64,000 nt of DNA. Origin: Eledone cirrhosa (lineage: Eukaryota). This document shows positions 63,876 to 64,000 of this stretch, one piece after another; within the stretch, counting starts at the first letter, position 1, and every line of letters begins with the position of its first letter. The stretch lies in contig OZ024744.1 of the NCBI GenBank assembly GCA_964016885.1, positions 91,636,001 to 91,700,000 on the forward strand. The letters are read 5' to 3'. A program made the position numbers and the translations under genes. The notes beneath the pieces were generated by a model. The model was not told the DNA's origin. It made no database searches and worked only from the letters and a program-made list of their open reading frames with translations.

Positions 63876-64000
63876 TACTCACTCACATACATGTATTTAA
63901 CTAATTATAGGTCACTTTTTGTCCTTTAGTCATTGTTTTGGGTTTTGTTATTTGATTTTGTTGTTATTTTTTGTTATATATTGATATAGACATAGCTAAC

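Overview
Eukaryotic, repeat-saturated DNA, probably intronic or intergenic. The SINE/LINE content and microsatellite load suggest a cephalopod (Octopus-like), which is inference. No intact host gene is recognisable, and almost all listed ORFs are microsatellite artefacts. The real coding remnants are retrotransposons: a full-length but disrupted Tx1-clade LINE (23069-28848, -), three truncated pieces of a second Tx1 family, an R4/Dong-like LINE with a restriction-like endonuclease (28886-31644, +), CR1 and RTE fragments, and a DUF4817-type Tc1/mariner remnant. There are also two tRNA-derived SINE families, several MITEs and satellites that arose inside mobile elements. The strongest unexplained signal is about ten ORF-less fold-back (inverted-repeat) elements sitting in (TA)n tracts. 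Several carry minimal type-I hammerhead ribozyme motifs from multiple unrelated sequence families, as expected for Penelope-like pLTR or retrozyme-type elements. All coordinates and alignments were read by eye.
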